Below are positions 49,501-64,000 of a DNA stretch of 64,000 bases, in pieces (position 1 is the first letter of the stretch; each line of letters opens with the position of its first letter). The position numbers and the translations under genes were made by a program. The notes below the pieces were generated by a model, which saw only the letters and a program-made list of their open reading frames with translations, did no database searches and was not told the origin of the DNA. Location: positions 372,001 to 436,000 of the forward strand of contig JASTWF010000352.1 of assembly GCA_030390025.1 (NCBI GenBank), read 5' to 3'. The stretch is from Squalus acanthias (Eukaryota).

Positions 49501-52500
49501 ACAGACCCATCTCCCTTATCCTGTAACAGACCAGGGTTCCTGGGGACAGGCCCCACAGACCCATCTCCCTCATCCTGTAACAGACCAGGGTTCCTGGGGA
49601 CAGACCCCACAGACCCATCTCCCTTATCCTGTAACAGACCAGGGTTCCTGGGGACAGACCCCACAGACCCATCTCCCTTATCCTGTAACAGACCAGGGTT
49701 CCTGGGGACAGACCCATCTCCCTTATCCTGTAACAGACCAGGGTTCCTGGGGACAGACCCCACAGACCCATCTCCCTTATCCTGTAACAGACCAGGGTTC
49801 CTGTGGATAGACCCCAAAAACCCATCTCCCTTATCCTGTAACAGACCAGGGTTCCTGTGGATAGACCCATCTCCCTTATCCTGTAACAGACCAGGGTTCC
49901 TGGGGACAGACCCATCTCCCTTATCCTGTAACAGACCAGGGTTCCTGTGGATAGACCCCAAAAACCCATCTCCCTTATCCTATAACAGACCAGGGTTCCT
50001 GGGGACAGACCACAAAAACCCATCTCCCTTATCCTGTAACAGACCAGGGTTCCTGGGGACAGACCCCACAGACCCATCTCCCTTATCCTGAAACAGACCA
50101 GGGTTCATGGGGACAGACCCATCTCCCTTATCCTGTAACAGACCAGGGTTCCTGGGGACAGACCCCACAGACCCATCTCCCTTATCCTGTAACAGACCAG
50201 GGTTCCTGGGGACAGACTCCACAGACCCGTCTCCCTTATCCTGTAACAGACCAGGATTCCTGGGGACAGACCCATTTCCCTTATCCTGTAACAGACCAGG
50301 GTTCCTGTGGACAGACCCCACAGACCCGTCTCCCTTATCCTGTAACAGACCAGGGTTCCTGGGGACAGACCCATCTCCCTTATCCTGTAACAGACCAGGG
50401 TTCCTGGGGACAGACCCCACAGACCCATCTCCCTTATCCTGTAACAGACAAGGGTTCCTGGGGACAGACTCAACAGACCCATCTCCCTTATCCTGTAACA
50501 GACAAGGGTTCCTGGGGACAGACCCCACAGACCCATCTCCCTTATCCTGTAACAGACCAGTGTTCCTGGGGACAGACCCCACAGACCCATCTCCCTTATC
50601 CTGTAACAGACCAGGGGTCCTGGGGACAGACCCATCTCCCTTATCCTGTAACAGACCAGGGTTCCTGGGGACAGACTCCACAGACCCATCTCCCTTATCC
50701 TGTAACAGACCAGGGTTCCTGGGGACAGACCCATCTCCCTTATCCTGTAACAGACCAGGGTTCCTGTGGATAGACCCCAAAAACCCATCTCCCTTATCCT
50801 GTAACAGACCAGGGTTCCTGGGGCAGACCACATCCTGTAACAGACCAGGGTTCCTGGGGACAGACCCCACAGACCCATCTCCCTTATCCTGTAACAGACC
50901 AGGGTTCCTGGGGACAGGCCCCACAGACCCATCTCCCTCATCCTGTAACAGACCAGGGTTCCTGTGGATAGACCCCAAAAACCCATCTCCCTTATCCTGT
51001 AACAGACCAGGGTTCCTGGGGACAGACCACAAAAACCCATCTCCCTTATCCTGTAACAGACCAGGGTTCCTGGGGACAGACCCCACAGACCCATCTCCCT
51101 TATCCTGTAACAGACCAGGGTTCCTGGGGACAGACCCCACAGACCCATCTCCCTTATCCTGTAACAGACCAGGGTTCCTGGGGACAGACCCATCTCCCTT
51201 ATCCTGTAACAGACCAGGGTTCCTGGGGACAGACCCCACAGACCCATCTCCCTTATCCTGTAACAAACCAGGGTTCCTGGGGACAGACCCATCTCCCTTA
51301 TCCTGTAACAGACCAGGGTTCCTGGGGACAGACCCATCTCCCTTATCCTGTAACAGACAAGGGTTCCTGGGGACAGACTCAACAGACCCATCTCCCTTAT
51401 CCTGTAACAGACAAGGGTTCCTGGGGACAGACCCCACAGACCCATCTCCCTTATCCTGTAACAGACCAGTGTTCCTGGGGACAGACCCCACAGACCCATC
51501 TCCCTTATCCTGTAACAGACCAGGGTTCCTGGGGACAGACCCATCTCCCTTATCCTGTAACAGACCAGGGTTCCTGGGGACAGACTCCACAGACCCATCT
51601 CCCTTATCCTGTAACAGACCAGGGTTCCTGGGGACAGACCCATCTCCCTTATCCTGTAACAGACCAGGGTTCCTGTGGATAGACCCCAAAAACCCATCTC
51701 CCTTATCCTGTAACAGACCAGGGTTCCTGGGGCAGACCACATCCTGTAACAGACCAGTGTTCCTGGGGACAGACCCCACAGACCCATCTCCCTTATCCTG
51801 TAACAGACCAGGGTTCCTGGGGACAGGCCCCACAGACCCATCTCCCTTATCCTGTAACAGACCAGGGTTCCTGGGGACAGACCCCACAGACCCATCTCCC
51901 TTATCCTGTAACAGACCAGGGTTCCTGGGGACAGACCCATCTCCCTTATCCTGTAACAGACCAGGGTTCCTGGGGACAGACCCCACAGACCCATCTCCCT
52001 TATCCTGTAACAGACCAGGGTTCCTGTGGATAGACCCCAAAAACCCATCTCCCTTATCCTGTAACAGACCAGGGTTCCTGGGGACAGACCACACAGACCC
52101 ATCTCCCTTATCCTGTAACAGACCAGGGTTCCTGGGGACAGACCCCACAGACCCATCTCCCTTATCCTGTAACAGACCAGGGTTCCTGGGGACAGACCCA
52201 TCTCCCTTATCCTGTAACAGACCAGGGTTCCTGTGGATAGACCCCAAAAACCCATCTCCCTTATCCTGTAACAGACCAGGGTTCCTGTGGATAGACCCCA
52301 AAAACCCATCTCCCTTATCCTGTAACAGACCAGGGTTCCTGGGGACAGACCCCACAGACCCATCTCCCTTATCCTGTAACAGACCAGGGTTCCTGGGGAC
52401 AGACCCCACAGACCCATCTCCCTTATCCTGTAACAGACCAGGGTTCCTGGGGACAGACCCATCTCCCTTATCCTGTAACAGACCAGGGTTCCTGTGGATA

Positions 52501-55500
52501 GACCCCAAAAACCCATCTCCCTTATCCTGTAACAGACCAGGATTCCTGGGGACAGACCACAAAAACCCATCTCCCTTATCCTGTAACAGACCAGGGTTCC
52601 TGGGGACAGACCCCACAGACCCATCTCCCTTATCCTGTAACAGACCAGGGTTCCTGTGGATAGACCCCAAAAACCCATCTCCCTTATCCTGTAACAGACC
52701 AGGGTTCCTGGGGACAGACCCCACAGACCCATCTCCCTTATCCTGTAACAGACCAGGGTTCCTGGGGACAGGCCCCACAGACCCATCTCCCTTATCCTGC
52801 AACAGACCAGGGTTCCTGGGGACAGACCCCACAGACCCATCTCCCTTATCCTGTAACAGACCAGGGTTCCTGGGGACAGACCCCACAGACCCATCTCCCT
52901 TATCCTGTAACAGACCAGGGTTCCTGGGGACAGACCCATCTCCCTTATCCTGTAACAGACCAGGGTTCCTGGGGACAGACCCCACAGACCCATCTCCCTT
53001 ATCCTGTAACAGACCAGGGTTCCTGTGGATAGACCCCAAAAACCCATCTCCCTTATCCTGTAACAGACCAGGGTTCCTGTGGATAGACCCATCTCCCTTA
53101 TCCTGTAACAGACCAGGGTTCCTGGGGACAGACCCATCTCCCTTATCCTGTAACAGACCAGGGTTCCTGTGGATAGACCCCAAAAACCCATCTCCCTTAT
53201 CCTATAACAGACCAGGGTTCCTGGGGACAGACCACAAAAACCCATCTCCCTTATCCTGTAACAGACCAGGGTTCCTGGGGACAGACCCCACAGACCCATC
53301 TCCCTTATCCTGAAACAGACCAGGGTTCATGGGGACAGACCCATCTCCCTTATCCTGTAACAGACCAGGGTTCCTGGGGACAGACCCCACAGACCCATCT
53401 CCCTTATCCTGAAACAGACCAGGGTTCCTGGGGACAGACCCCACAGACCCATCTCCCTTATCCTGTAACGGACCAGGGTTCCTGGGGACAGACTCCACAG
53501 ACCCGTCTCCCTTATCCTGTAACAGACCAGGATTCCTGGGGACAGACCCATTTCCCTTATCCTGTAACAGACCAGGGTTCCTGTGGACAGACCCCACAGA
53601 CCCGTCTCCCTTATCCTGTAACAGACCAGGGTTCCTGGGGACAGACCCATCTCCCTTATCCTGTAACAGACCAGGGTTCCTGGGGACAGACCCCACAGAC
53701 CCATCTCCCTTATCCTGTAACAGACAAGGGTTCCTGGGGACAGACTCAACAGACCCATCTCCCTTATCCTGTAACAGACAAGGGTTCCTGGGGACAGACC
53801 CCACAGACCCATCTCCCTTATCCTGTAACAGACCAGTGTTCCTGGGGACAGACCCCACAGACCCATCTCCCTTATCCTGTAACAGACCAGGGGTCCTGGG
53901 GACAGACCCATCTCCCTTATCCTGTAACAGACCAGGGTTCCTGGGGACAGACTCCACAGACCCATCTCCCTTATCCTGTAACAGACCAGGGTTCCTGGGG
54001 ACAGACCCATCTCCCTTATCCTGTAACAGACCAGGGTTCCTGTGGATAGACCCCAAAAACCCATCTCCCTTATCCTGTAACAGACCAGGGTTCCTGGGGC
54101 AGACCACATCCTGTAACAGACCAGGGTTCCTGGGGACAGACCCCACAGACCCATCTCCCTTATCCTGTAACAGACCAGGGTTCCTGGGGACAGGCCCCAC
54201 AGACCCATCTCCCTCATCCTGTAACAGACCAGGGTTCCTGGGGACAGACCCCACAGACCCATCTCCCTTATCCTGTAACAGACCAGGGTTCCTGGGGACA
54301 GACCCATCTCCCTTATCCTGTAACAGACCAGGGTTCCTGGGGACAGACACCACAGACCCATCTCCCTTATCCTGTAACAGACCAGGGTTCCTGTGGATAG
54401 ACCCCAAAAACCCATCTCCCTTATCCTGTAACAGACCAGGGTTCCTGGGGACAGACCACACAGACCCATCTCCCTTATCCTGTAACAGACCAGGGTTCCT
54501 GGGGACAGACCCCACAGACCCATCTCCCTTATCCTGTAACAGACCAGGGTTCCTGGGGACAGACCCATCTCCCTTATCCTGTAACAGACCAGGGTTCCTG
54601 TGGATAGACCCCAAAAACCCATCTCCCTTATCCTGTAACAGACCAGGGTTCCTGGGGACAGACCCCACAGACCCATCTCCCTTATCCTGTAACAGACCAG
54701 GGTTCCTGGGGACAGACCCCACAGACCCATCTCCCTTATCCTGTAACAGACCAGGATTCCTGGGGACAGACTCCACAGACCCGTCTCCCTTATCCTGTAA
54801 CAGACCAGGATTCCTGGGGACAGACCCATTTCCCTTATCCTGTAACAGACCAGGGTTCCTGTGGACAGACCCCACAGACCCGTCTCCCTTATCCTGTAAC
54901 AGACCAGGGTTCCTGGGGACAGACCCATCTCCCTTATCCTGTAACAGACAAGGGTTCCTGGGGACAGACTCAACAGACCCATCTCCCTTATCCTGTAACA
55001 GACAAGGGTTCCTGGGGACAGACCCCACAGACCCATCTCCCTTATCCTGTAACAGACCAGTGTTCCTGGGGACAGACTCCACAGACCCATCTCCCTTATC
55101 CTGTAACAGACCAGGGTTCCTGGGGACAGACCCATCTCCCTTATCCTGTAACAGACCAGGGTTCCTGGGGACAGACCACACAGACCCATCTCCCTTATCC
55201 TGTAACAGACCAGGGTTCCTGGGGACAGACCCATCTCCCTTATCCTGTAACAGACCAGGGTTCCTGGGGACAGACCCATCTCCCTTATCCTGTAACAGAC
55301 CAGGGTTCCTGGGGACAGACCCCACAGACCCATCTCCCTTATCCTGTAACAGACCAGGGTTCCTGTGGATAGACCCCAAAAACCCATCTCCCTTATCCTG
55401 TAACAGACCAGGGTTCCTGGGGACAGACCACACAGACCCATCTCCCTTATCCTGTAACAGACCAGGGTTCCTGGGGACAGACCCCACAGACCCATCTCCC

Positions 55501-58500
55501 TTATCCTGTAACAGACCAGGGTTCCTGGGGACAGACCCATCTCCCTTATCCTGTAACAGACCAGGGTTCCTGTGGATAGACCCCAAAAACCCATCTCCCT
55601 TATCCTGTAACAGACCAGGATTCCTGGGGACAGACCACAAAAACCCATCTCCCTTATCCTGTAACAGACCAGGGTTCCTGGGGACAGACCCCACAGACCC
55701 ATCTCCCTTATCCTGTAACAGACCAGGGTTCCTGGGGACAGACCCATCTCCCTTATCCTGTAACAGACCAGGGTTCCTGGGGCAGACCACATCCTGTAAC
55801 AGACCAGGGTTCCTGGGGACAGACCCCACAGACCCATCTCCCTTATCCTGTAACAGACCAGGGTTCCTGGGGACAGGCCCCACAGACCCATCTCCCTTAT
55901 CCTGTAACAGACCAGGGTTCCTGGGGACAGACCCCACAGACCCATCTCCCTTATCCTGTAACAGACCAGGGTTCCTGGGGACAGACCCATCTCCCTTATC
56001 CTGTAACAGACCAGGGTTCCTGGGGACAGACCCCACAGACCCATCTCCCTTATCCTGTAACAGACCAGGGTTCCTGTGGATAGACCCCAAAAACCCATCT
56101 CCCTTATCCTGTAACAGACCAGGGTTCCTGTGGATAGACCCATCTCCCTTATCCTGTAACAGACCAGGGTTCCTGGGGACAGACCCATCTCCCTTATCCT
56201 GTAACAGACCAGGGTTCCTGTGGATAGACCCCAAAAACCCATCTCCCTTATCCTATAACAGACCAGGGTTCCTGGGGACAGACCACAAAAACCCATCTCC
56301 CTTATCCTGTAACAGACCAGGGTTCCTGGGGACAGACCCCACAGACCCATCTCCCTTATCCTGAAACAGACCAGGGTTCATGGGGACAGACCCATCTCCC
56401 TTATCCTGTAACAGACCAGGGTTCCTGGGGACAGACCCCACAGACCCATCTCCCTTATCCTGTAACAGACCAGGGTTCCTGGGGACAGACTCCACAGACC
56501 CGTCTCCCTTATCCTGTAACAGACCAGGATTCCTGGGGACAGACCCATTTCCCTTATCCTGTAACAGACCAGGGTTCCTGTGGACAGACCCCACAGACCC
56601 GTCTCCCTTATCCTGTAACAGACCAGGGTTCCTGGGGACAGACCCATCTCCCTTATCCTGTAACAGACCAGGGTTCCTGGGGACAGACCCCACAGACCCA
56701 TCTCCCTTATCCTGTAACAGACAAGGGTTCCTGGGGACAGACTCAACAGACCCATCTCCCTTATCCTGTAACAGACAAGGGTTCCTGGGGACAGACCCCA
56801 CAGACCCATCTCCCTTATCCTGTAACAGACCAGTGTTCCTGGGGACAGACCCCACAGACCCATCTCCCTTATCCTGTAACAGACCAGGGGTCCTGGGGAC
56901 AGACCCATCTCCCTTATCCTGTAACAGACCAGGGTTCCTGGGGACAGACTCCACAGACCCATCTCCCTTATCCTGTAACAGACCAGGGTTCCTGGGGACA
57001 GACCCATCTCCCTTATCCTGTAACAGACCAGGGTTCCTGTGGATAGACCCCAAAAACCCATCTCCCTTATCCTGTAACAGACCAGGGTTCCTGGGGCAGA
57101 CCACATCCTGTAACAGACCAGGGTTCCTGGGGACAGACCCCACAGACCCATCTCCCTTATCCTGTAACAGACCAGGGTTCCTGGGGACAGGCCCCACAGA
57201 CCCATCTCCCTCATCCTGTAACAGACCAGGGTTCCTGGGGACAGACCCCACAGACCCATCTCCCTTATCCTGTAACAGACCAGGGTTCCTGGGGACAGGC
57301 CCCACAGACCCATCTCCCTTATCCTGTAACAGACCAGGGTTCCTGGGGACAGACCCCACAGACCCATCTCCCTTATCCTGTAACAGACCAGGGTTCCTGG
57401 GGACAGACCCATCTCCCTTATCCTGTAACAGACCAGGGTTCCTGGGGACAGACACCACAGACCCATCTCCCTTATCCTGTAACAGACCAGGGTTCCTGTG
57501 GATAGACCCCAAAAACCCATCTCCCTTATCCTGTAACAGACCAGGGTTCCTGGGGACAGACCACACAGACCCATCTCCCTTATCCTGTAACAGACCAGGG
57601 TTCCTGGGGACAGACCCCACAGACCCATCTCCCTTATCCTGTAACAGACCAGGGTTCCTGTGGACAGACCCCAAAAACCCATCTCCCTTATCCTGTAACA
57701 GACCAGGGTTCCTGGGGACAGACCACAAAAACCCATCTCCCTTATCCTGTAACAGACCAGGGTTCCTGGGGACAGACCCCACAGACCCATCTCCCTTATC
57801 CTGTAACAGACCAGGGTTCCTGGGGACAGACCCCACAGACCCATCTCCCTTATCCTGTAACAGACCAGGATTCCTGGGGACAGACTCCACAGACCCGTCT
57901 CCCTTATCCTGTAACAGACCAGGATTCCTGGGGACAGACCCATTTCCCTTATCCTGTAACAGACCAGGGTTCCTGTGGACAGACCCCACAGACCCGTCTC
58001 CCTTATCCTGTAACAGACCAGGGTTCCTGGGGACAGACCCATCTCCCTTATCCTGTAACAGACAAGGGTTCCTGGGGACAGACTCAACAGACCCATCTCC
58101 CTTATCCTGTAACAGACAAGGGTTCCTGGGGACAGACCCCACAGACCCATCTCCCTTATCCTGTAACAGACCAGTGTTCCTGGGGACAGACTCCACAGAC
58201 CCATCTCCCTTATCCTGTAACAGACCAGGGTTCCTGGGGACAGACCCATCTCCCTTATCCTGTAACAGACCAGGGTTCCTGGGGACAGACCACACAGACC
58301 CATCTCCCTTATCCTGTAACAGACCAGGGTTCCTGGGGACAGACCCATCTCCCTTATCCTGTAACAGACCAGGGTTCCTGGGGACAGACCCATCTCCCTT
58401 ATCCTGTAACAGACCAGGGTTCCTGGGGACAGACCCCACAGACCCATCTCCCTTATCCTGTAACAGACCAGGGTTCCTGTGGATAGACCCATCTCCCTTA

Positions 58501-61500
58501 TCCTGTAACAGACCAGGGTTCCTGGGGACAGACCCATCTCCCTCATCCTGTAACAGACCAGGGTTCCTGGGGACAGACTCCACAGACCCATCTCCCTTAT
58601 CCTGTAACAGACCAGGGTTCCTGGGGACAGACCCATCTCCCTTATCCTGTAACAGACCAGGGTTCCTGGGGACAGACTCCACAGACCCATCTCCCTTATC
58701 CTGTAACAGACCAGGGTTCCTGGGGACAGACCCATCTCCCTTATCCTGTAACAGACCAGGGTTCCTGGGGACAGACTCCACAGACCCATCTCCCTTATCC
58801 TGTAACAGACCAGGGTTCCTGTGGATAGACCCCAAAAACCCATCTCCCTTATCCTGTAACAGACCAGGGTTCCTGGGGCAGACCACATCCTGTAACAGAC
58901 CAGGGTTCCTGGGGACAGACCCCACAGACCCATCTCCCTTATCCTGTAACAGACCAGGGTTCCTGGGGACAGGCCCCACAGACCCATCTCCCTTATCCTG
59001 TAACAGACCAGGGTTCCTGGGGACAGACCCCACAGATCCATCTCCCTTATCCTGTAACAGACCAGGGTTCCTGGGGACAGACCCATCTCCCTTATCCTGT
59101 AACAGACCAGGGTTCCTTGGGACAGACCCCACAGACCCATCTCCCTTATCCTGTAACAGACCAGTGTTCCTGTGGATAGACCCCAAAAACCCATCTCCCT
59201 TATCCTGTAACAGACCAGGGTTCCTGTGGATAGACCCCAAAAACCCATCTCCCTTATCCTGTAACAGACCAGGGTTCCTGTGGATAGACCCCAAAAACCC
59301 ATCTCCCTTATCCTGTAACAGACCAGGGTTCCTGTGGATAGACCCCAAAAACCCATCTCCCTTATCCTGTAACAGACCAGGGTTCCTGTGGATAGACCCA
59401 TCTCCCTTATCCTGTAACAGACCAGGGTTCCTGGGGACAGACCCATCTCCCTTATCCTGTAACAGACCAGGGTTCCTGTGGATAGACCCCAAAAACCCAT
59501 CTCCCTTATCCTGTAACAGACCAGGGTTCCTGGGGACAGACCACAAAAACCCATCTCCCTTATCCTGTAACAGACCAGGGTTCCTGGGGACAGACCCCAC
59601 AGACCCATCTCCCTTATCCTGTAACAGACCAGGGTTCCTGGGGACAGACCCCACAGACCCATCTCCCTTATCCTGTAACAGACCAGGGTTCCTGGGGACA
59701 GACCCATCTCCCTTATCCTGTAACAGACCAGGGTTCCTGGGGACAGACCCCACAGACCCATCTCCCTTATCCTGTAACAAACCAGGGTTCCTGGGGACAG
59801 ACCCATCTCCCTTATCCTGTAACAGACCAGGGTTCCTGGGGACAGACCCATCTCCCTTATCCTGTAACAGACAAGGGTTCCTGGGGACAGACTCAACAGA
59901 CCCATCTCCCTTATCCTGTAACAGACAAGGGTTCCTGGGGACAGACCCCACAGACCCATCTCCCTTATCCTGTAACAGACCAGTGTTCCTGGGGACAGAC
60001 CCCACAGACCCATCTCCCTTATCCTGTAACAGACCAGGGTTCCTGGGGACAGACCCATCTCCCTTATCCTGTAACAGACCAGGGTTCCTGGGGACAGACT
60101 CCACAGACCCATCTCCCTTATCCTGTAACAGACCAGGGTTCCTGGGGACAGACCCATCTCCCTTATCCTGTAACAGACCAGGGTTCCTGTGGATAGACCC
60201 CAAAAACCCATCTCCCTTATCCTGTAACAGACCAGGGTTCCTGGGGCAGACCACATCCTGTAACAGACCAGGGTTCCTGGGGACAGACCCCACAGACCCA
60301 TCTCCCTTATCCTGTAACAGACCAGGGTTCCTGGGGACAGGCCCCACAGACCCATCTCCCTTATCCTGTAACAGACCAGGGTTCCTGGGGACAGACCCCA
60401 CAGACCCATCTCCCTTATCCTGTAACAGACCAGGGTTCCTGGGGACAGACCCATCTCCCTTATCCTGTAACAGACCAGGGTTCCTGGGGACAGACCCCAC
60501 AGACCCATCTCCCTTATCCTGTAACAGACCAGGGTTCCTGGGGACAGACCCATCTCCCTTATCCTGTAACAGACCAGGGTTCCTGGGGACAGACCCCACA
60601 GACCCATCTCCCTTATCCTGTAACAGACCAGGGTTCCTGTGGATAGACCCCAAAAACCCATCTCCCTTATCCTGTAACAGACCAGGGTTCCTGTGGATAG
60701 ACCCATCTCCCTTATCCTGTAACAGACCAGGGTTCCTGGGGACAGACCCATCTCCCTTATCCTGTAACAGACCAGGGTTCCTGTGGATAGACCCCAAAAA
60801 CCCATCTCCCTTATCCTATAACAGACCAGGGTTCCTGGGGACAGACCACAAAAACCCATCTCCCTTATCCTGTAACAGACCAGGGTTCCTGGGGACAGAC
60901 CCCACAGACCCATCTCCCTTATCCTGAAACAGACCAGGGTTCATGGGGACAGACCCATCTCCCTTATCCTGTAACAGACCAGGGTTCCTGGGGACAGACC
61001 CCACAGACCCATCTCCCTTATCCTGTAACAGACCAGGGTTCCTGGGGACAGACTCCACAGACCCGTCTCCCTTATCCTGTAACAGACCAGGATTCCTGGG
61101 GACAGACCCATTTCCCTTATCCTGTAACAGACCAGGGTTCCTGTGGACAGACCCCACAGACCCGTCTCCCTTATCCTGTAACAGACCAGGGTTCCTGGGG
61201 ACAGACCCATCTCCCTTATCCTGTAACAGACCAGGGTTCCTGTGGATAGACCCCAAAGACCCATCTCCCTTATCCTGTAACAGACCAGGGTTCCTGTGGA
61301 TAGACCCCAAAAACCCATCTCCCTTATCCTGTAACAGACCAGGGTTCCTGGGGCAGACCACATCCTGTAACAGACCAGGGTTCCTGGGGACAGACCCCAC
61401 AGACCCATCTCCCTTATCCTGTAACAGACCAGGGTTCCTGGGGACAGGCCCCACAGACCCATCTCCCTCATCCTGTAACAGACCAGGGTTCCTGGGGACA

Positions 61501-64000
61501 GACCCCACAGACCCATCTCCCTTATCCTGTAACAGACCAGGGTTCCTGGGGACAGACCCATCTCCCTTATCCTGTAACAGACCAGGGTTCCTGGGGACAG
61601 ACCCCACAGACCCATCTCCCTTATCCTGTAACAGACCAGGGTTCCTGTGGATAGACCCCAAAAACCCATCTCCCTTATCCTGTAACAGACCAGGGTTCCT
61701 GGGGACAGACCACACAGACCCATCTCCCTTATCCTGTAACAGACCAGGGTTCCTGGGGACAGACCCCACAGACCCATCTCCCTTATCCTGTAACAGACCA
61801 GGGTTCCTGTGGACAGACCCATCTCCCTTATCCTGTAACAGACCAGGGTTCCTGTGGATAGACCCCAAAAACCCATCTCCCTTATCCTGTAACAGACCAG
61901 GGTTCCTGGGGACAGACCACAAAAACCCATCTCCCTTATCCTGTAACAGACCAGGGTTCCTGGGGACAGACCCCACAGACCCATCTCCCTTATCCTGTAA
62001 CAGACCAGGGTTCCTGGGGACAGACCCCACAGACCCATCTCCCTTATCCTGTAACAGACCAGGATTCCTGGGGACAGACTCCACAGACCCGTCTCCCTTA
62101 TCCTGTAACAGACCAGGATTCCTGGGGACAGACCCATTTCCCTTATCCTGTAACAGACCAGGGTTCCTGTGGACAGACCCCACAGACCCGTCTCCCTTAT
62201 CCTGTAACAGACCAGGGTTCCTGGGGACAGACCCATCTCCCTTATCCTGTAACAGACAAGGGTTCCTGGGGACAGACTCAACAGACCCATCTCCCTTATC
62301 CTGTAACAGACAAGGGTTCCTGGGGACAGACCCCACAGACCCATCTCCCTTATCCTGTAACAGACCAGTGTTCCTGGGGACAGACCCCACAGACCCATCT
62401 CCCTTATCCTGTAACAGACCAGGGTTCCTGGGGACAGACCCATCTCCCTTATCCTGTAACAGACCAGGGTTCCTGGGGACAGACCCTACAGACCCATCTC
62501 CCTTATCCTGTAACAGACCAGGATTCCTGGGGACAGGCCCCACAGACCCATCTCCCTTATCCTGTAACAGACCAGGGTTCCTGGGGACAGACCCCACAGA
62601 CCCATCTCCCTTATCGTGTAACAGACCTGGGTTCCTGGGGACAGACCCCACAGACCCATCTCCCATATCCTGTAACAGACCTGGGTTCCTGGGGATAGAC
62701 CCCACAGACCCATCTCCCATATCCTGTAACAGACCAGGGTTCCTGGGGACAGACCCCACAGACCCATCTCCCTTATCCTGTAACAGACCTGGGTTCCTGG
62801 GGACAGACCCCACAGACCCATCTCCCATATCCTGTAACAGACCTGGGTTCCTGGGGATAGACCCCAAAAACCCATCTCCCTTATCCTGTAACAGACCAGG
62901 GTTCCTGGGGACAGACCCCACAGACCCATCTCCCTTATCCTGTAACAGACCAGGGTTCCTGGGGACAGACCCATCTCCCTTATCCTGTAACAGACCAGGG
63001 TTCCTGGGGACAGACCACACAGACCCATCTCCCTTATCCTGTAACAGACCAGGGTTCCTGGGGACAGACCCATCTCCCTTATCCTGTAACAGACCAGGGT
63101 TCCTGGGGACAGACCCATCTCCCTTATCCTGTAACAGACCAGGGTTCCTGGGGACAGACCCCACAGACCCATCTCCCTTATCCTGTAACAGACCAGGGTT
63201 CCTGTGGATAGACCCCAAAAACCCATCTCCCTTATCCTGTAACAGACCAGGGTTCCTGTGGATAGACCCATCTCCCTTATCCTGTAACAGACCAGGGTTC
63301 CTGGGGACAGACCCATCTCCCTCATCCTGTAACAGACCAGGGTTCCTGAGGATAGACCACAAAGACCCATCTCCCTTATCCTGCAACAGACCAGGGTTCC
63401 TGGGGACACACCCCAGAGACCCATCTCCCTTATCCTGTAACAGACCAGGGTTCCTGGGGACAGACCCCTCTCCCTTATCCTGTAACAGACCTGGGTTCCT
63501 GGGGACAGACACATCTCCCTTATCCTGTAACAGACAAGGGTTCCTGGGGACAGACTCCACAGACCCATCTCCCTTATCCTGTAACAGACCAGGGTTCCTG
63601 GGGACAGACTCAACAGACCCATCTCCCTTATCCTGTAACAGACCAGGGTTCCTGGGGACAGACTCCACAGACGCGTCTCCCTTATCCTGTAACAGACCAG
63701 GGTTCCTGGGGACAGACCCATCTCCCTTATCCTGTAACAGACCAGGGTTCCTGGGGACAGGCCCCACAGACCCATCTCCCTTATCCTGTAACAGACCAGG
63801 GTTCCTGTGGACAGACCCCACAGACCCATCTCCCTTATCCTGTAACAGACCAGGGTTCCTGGGGACAGACCCCACAGACCCGTCTCCCTTATCCTGTAAC
63901 AGACCAGGGTTCCTGGGGACAGACCCATCTCCCTTATCCTGTAACAGACCAGGGTTCCTGGGGACAGACCCCACAGACCCATCTCCCTTATCCTGTAACA
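43548..64000. repeat. Large satellite array (>=20.4 kb, runs off the window) of 54-, 45- and 36-bp units
   Basis: Consensus TCCTGTAACAGACCAGGGTTCCTGGGGACAGACCC(CACAGACCC)ATCTCCCTTA with few, recurrent point variants. Confidence 0.99.

Noticed and set aside
43492..64000. Giant ORFs (up to 2151 aa) as real repeat proteins
   Set aside because: They are open simultaneously on both strands because monomers are 3n and stop-free in those frames. There is no signal peptide, unique terminus or promoter context. Not called as CDS.
43548..64000. CRISPR-like array (palindromic repeat with variable part)
   Set aside because: There are no unique spacers, the variable part is a few recurrent point variants, the context is vertebrate and no cas genes are present.

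Overview
Vertebrate genomic DNA, most likely from a cartilaginous fish. This is inferred from the abundant CR1 LINEs, an HE1-like V-SINE and Penelope-like elements. The window has three zones. (1) 1-4962 is the 3' part of a class I endogenous retrovirus: a possible decayed accessory membrane-protein ORF, an integrase fragment fused by internal deletion to a partial gamma-type env, a structured 3' non-coding region, a PPT and a complete 3' LTR that abuts a CR1 ORF2. (2) ~6.7-43.5 kb is a cluster of five paralogous C2H2 zinc-finger gene units with no recognisable KRAB domain. Two have open finger arrays and three are broken. They share one module (CCAAT/GC/NRF1-type promoter, short exon 1, intronic 39-bp and 63-bp minisatellites, one finger exon) and are interleaved with nested CR1, L2-like, Penelope, SINE and hAT remnants. 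(3) 43.5-64 kb is a satellite of at least 20 kb made of 54/45/36-bp units; its very long ORFs are most likely by-products of repeat periodicity. The most interesting signals are: a conserved leader of three zinc-finger-like units with position-fixed in-frame UGA codons followed by an ACG/ATG start; a 3'UTR micro-inversion that occurs in both orientations among paralogs; a palindromic bidirectional promoter; and a repeated RNA motif in the ERV 3' region. All coordinates and alignments were read by eye and boundaries are approximate.
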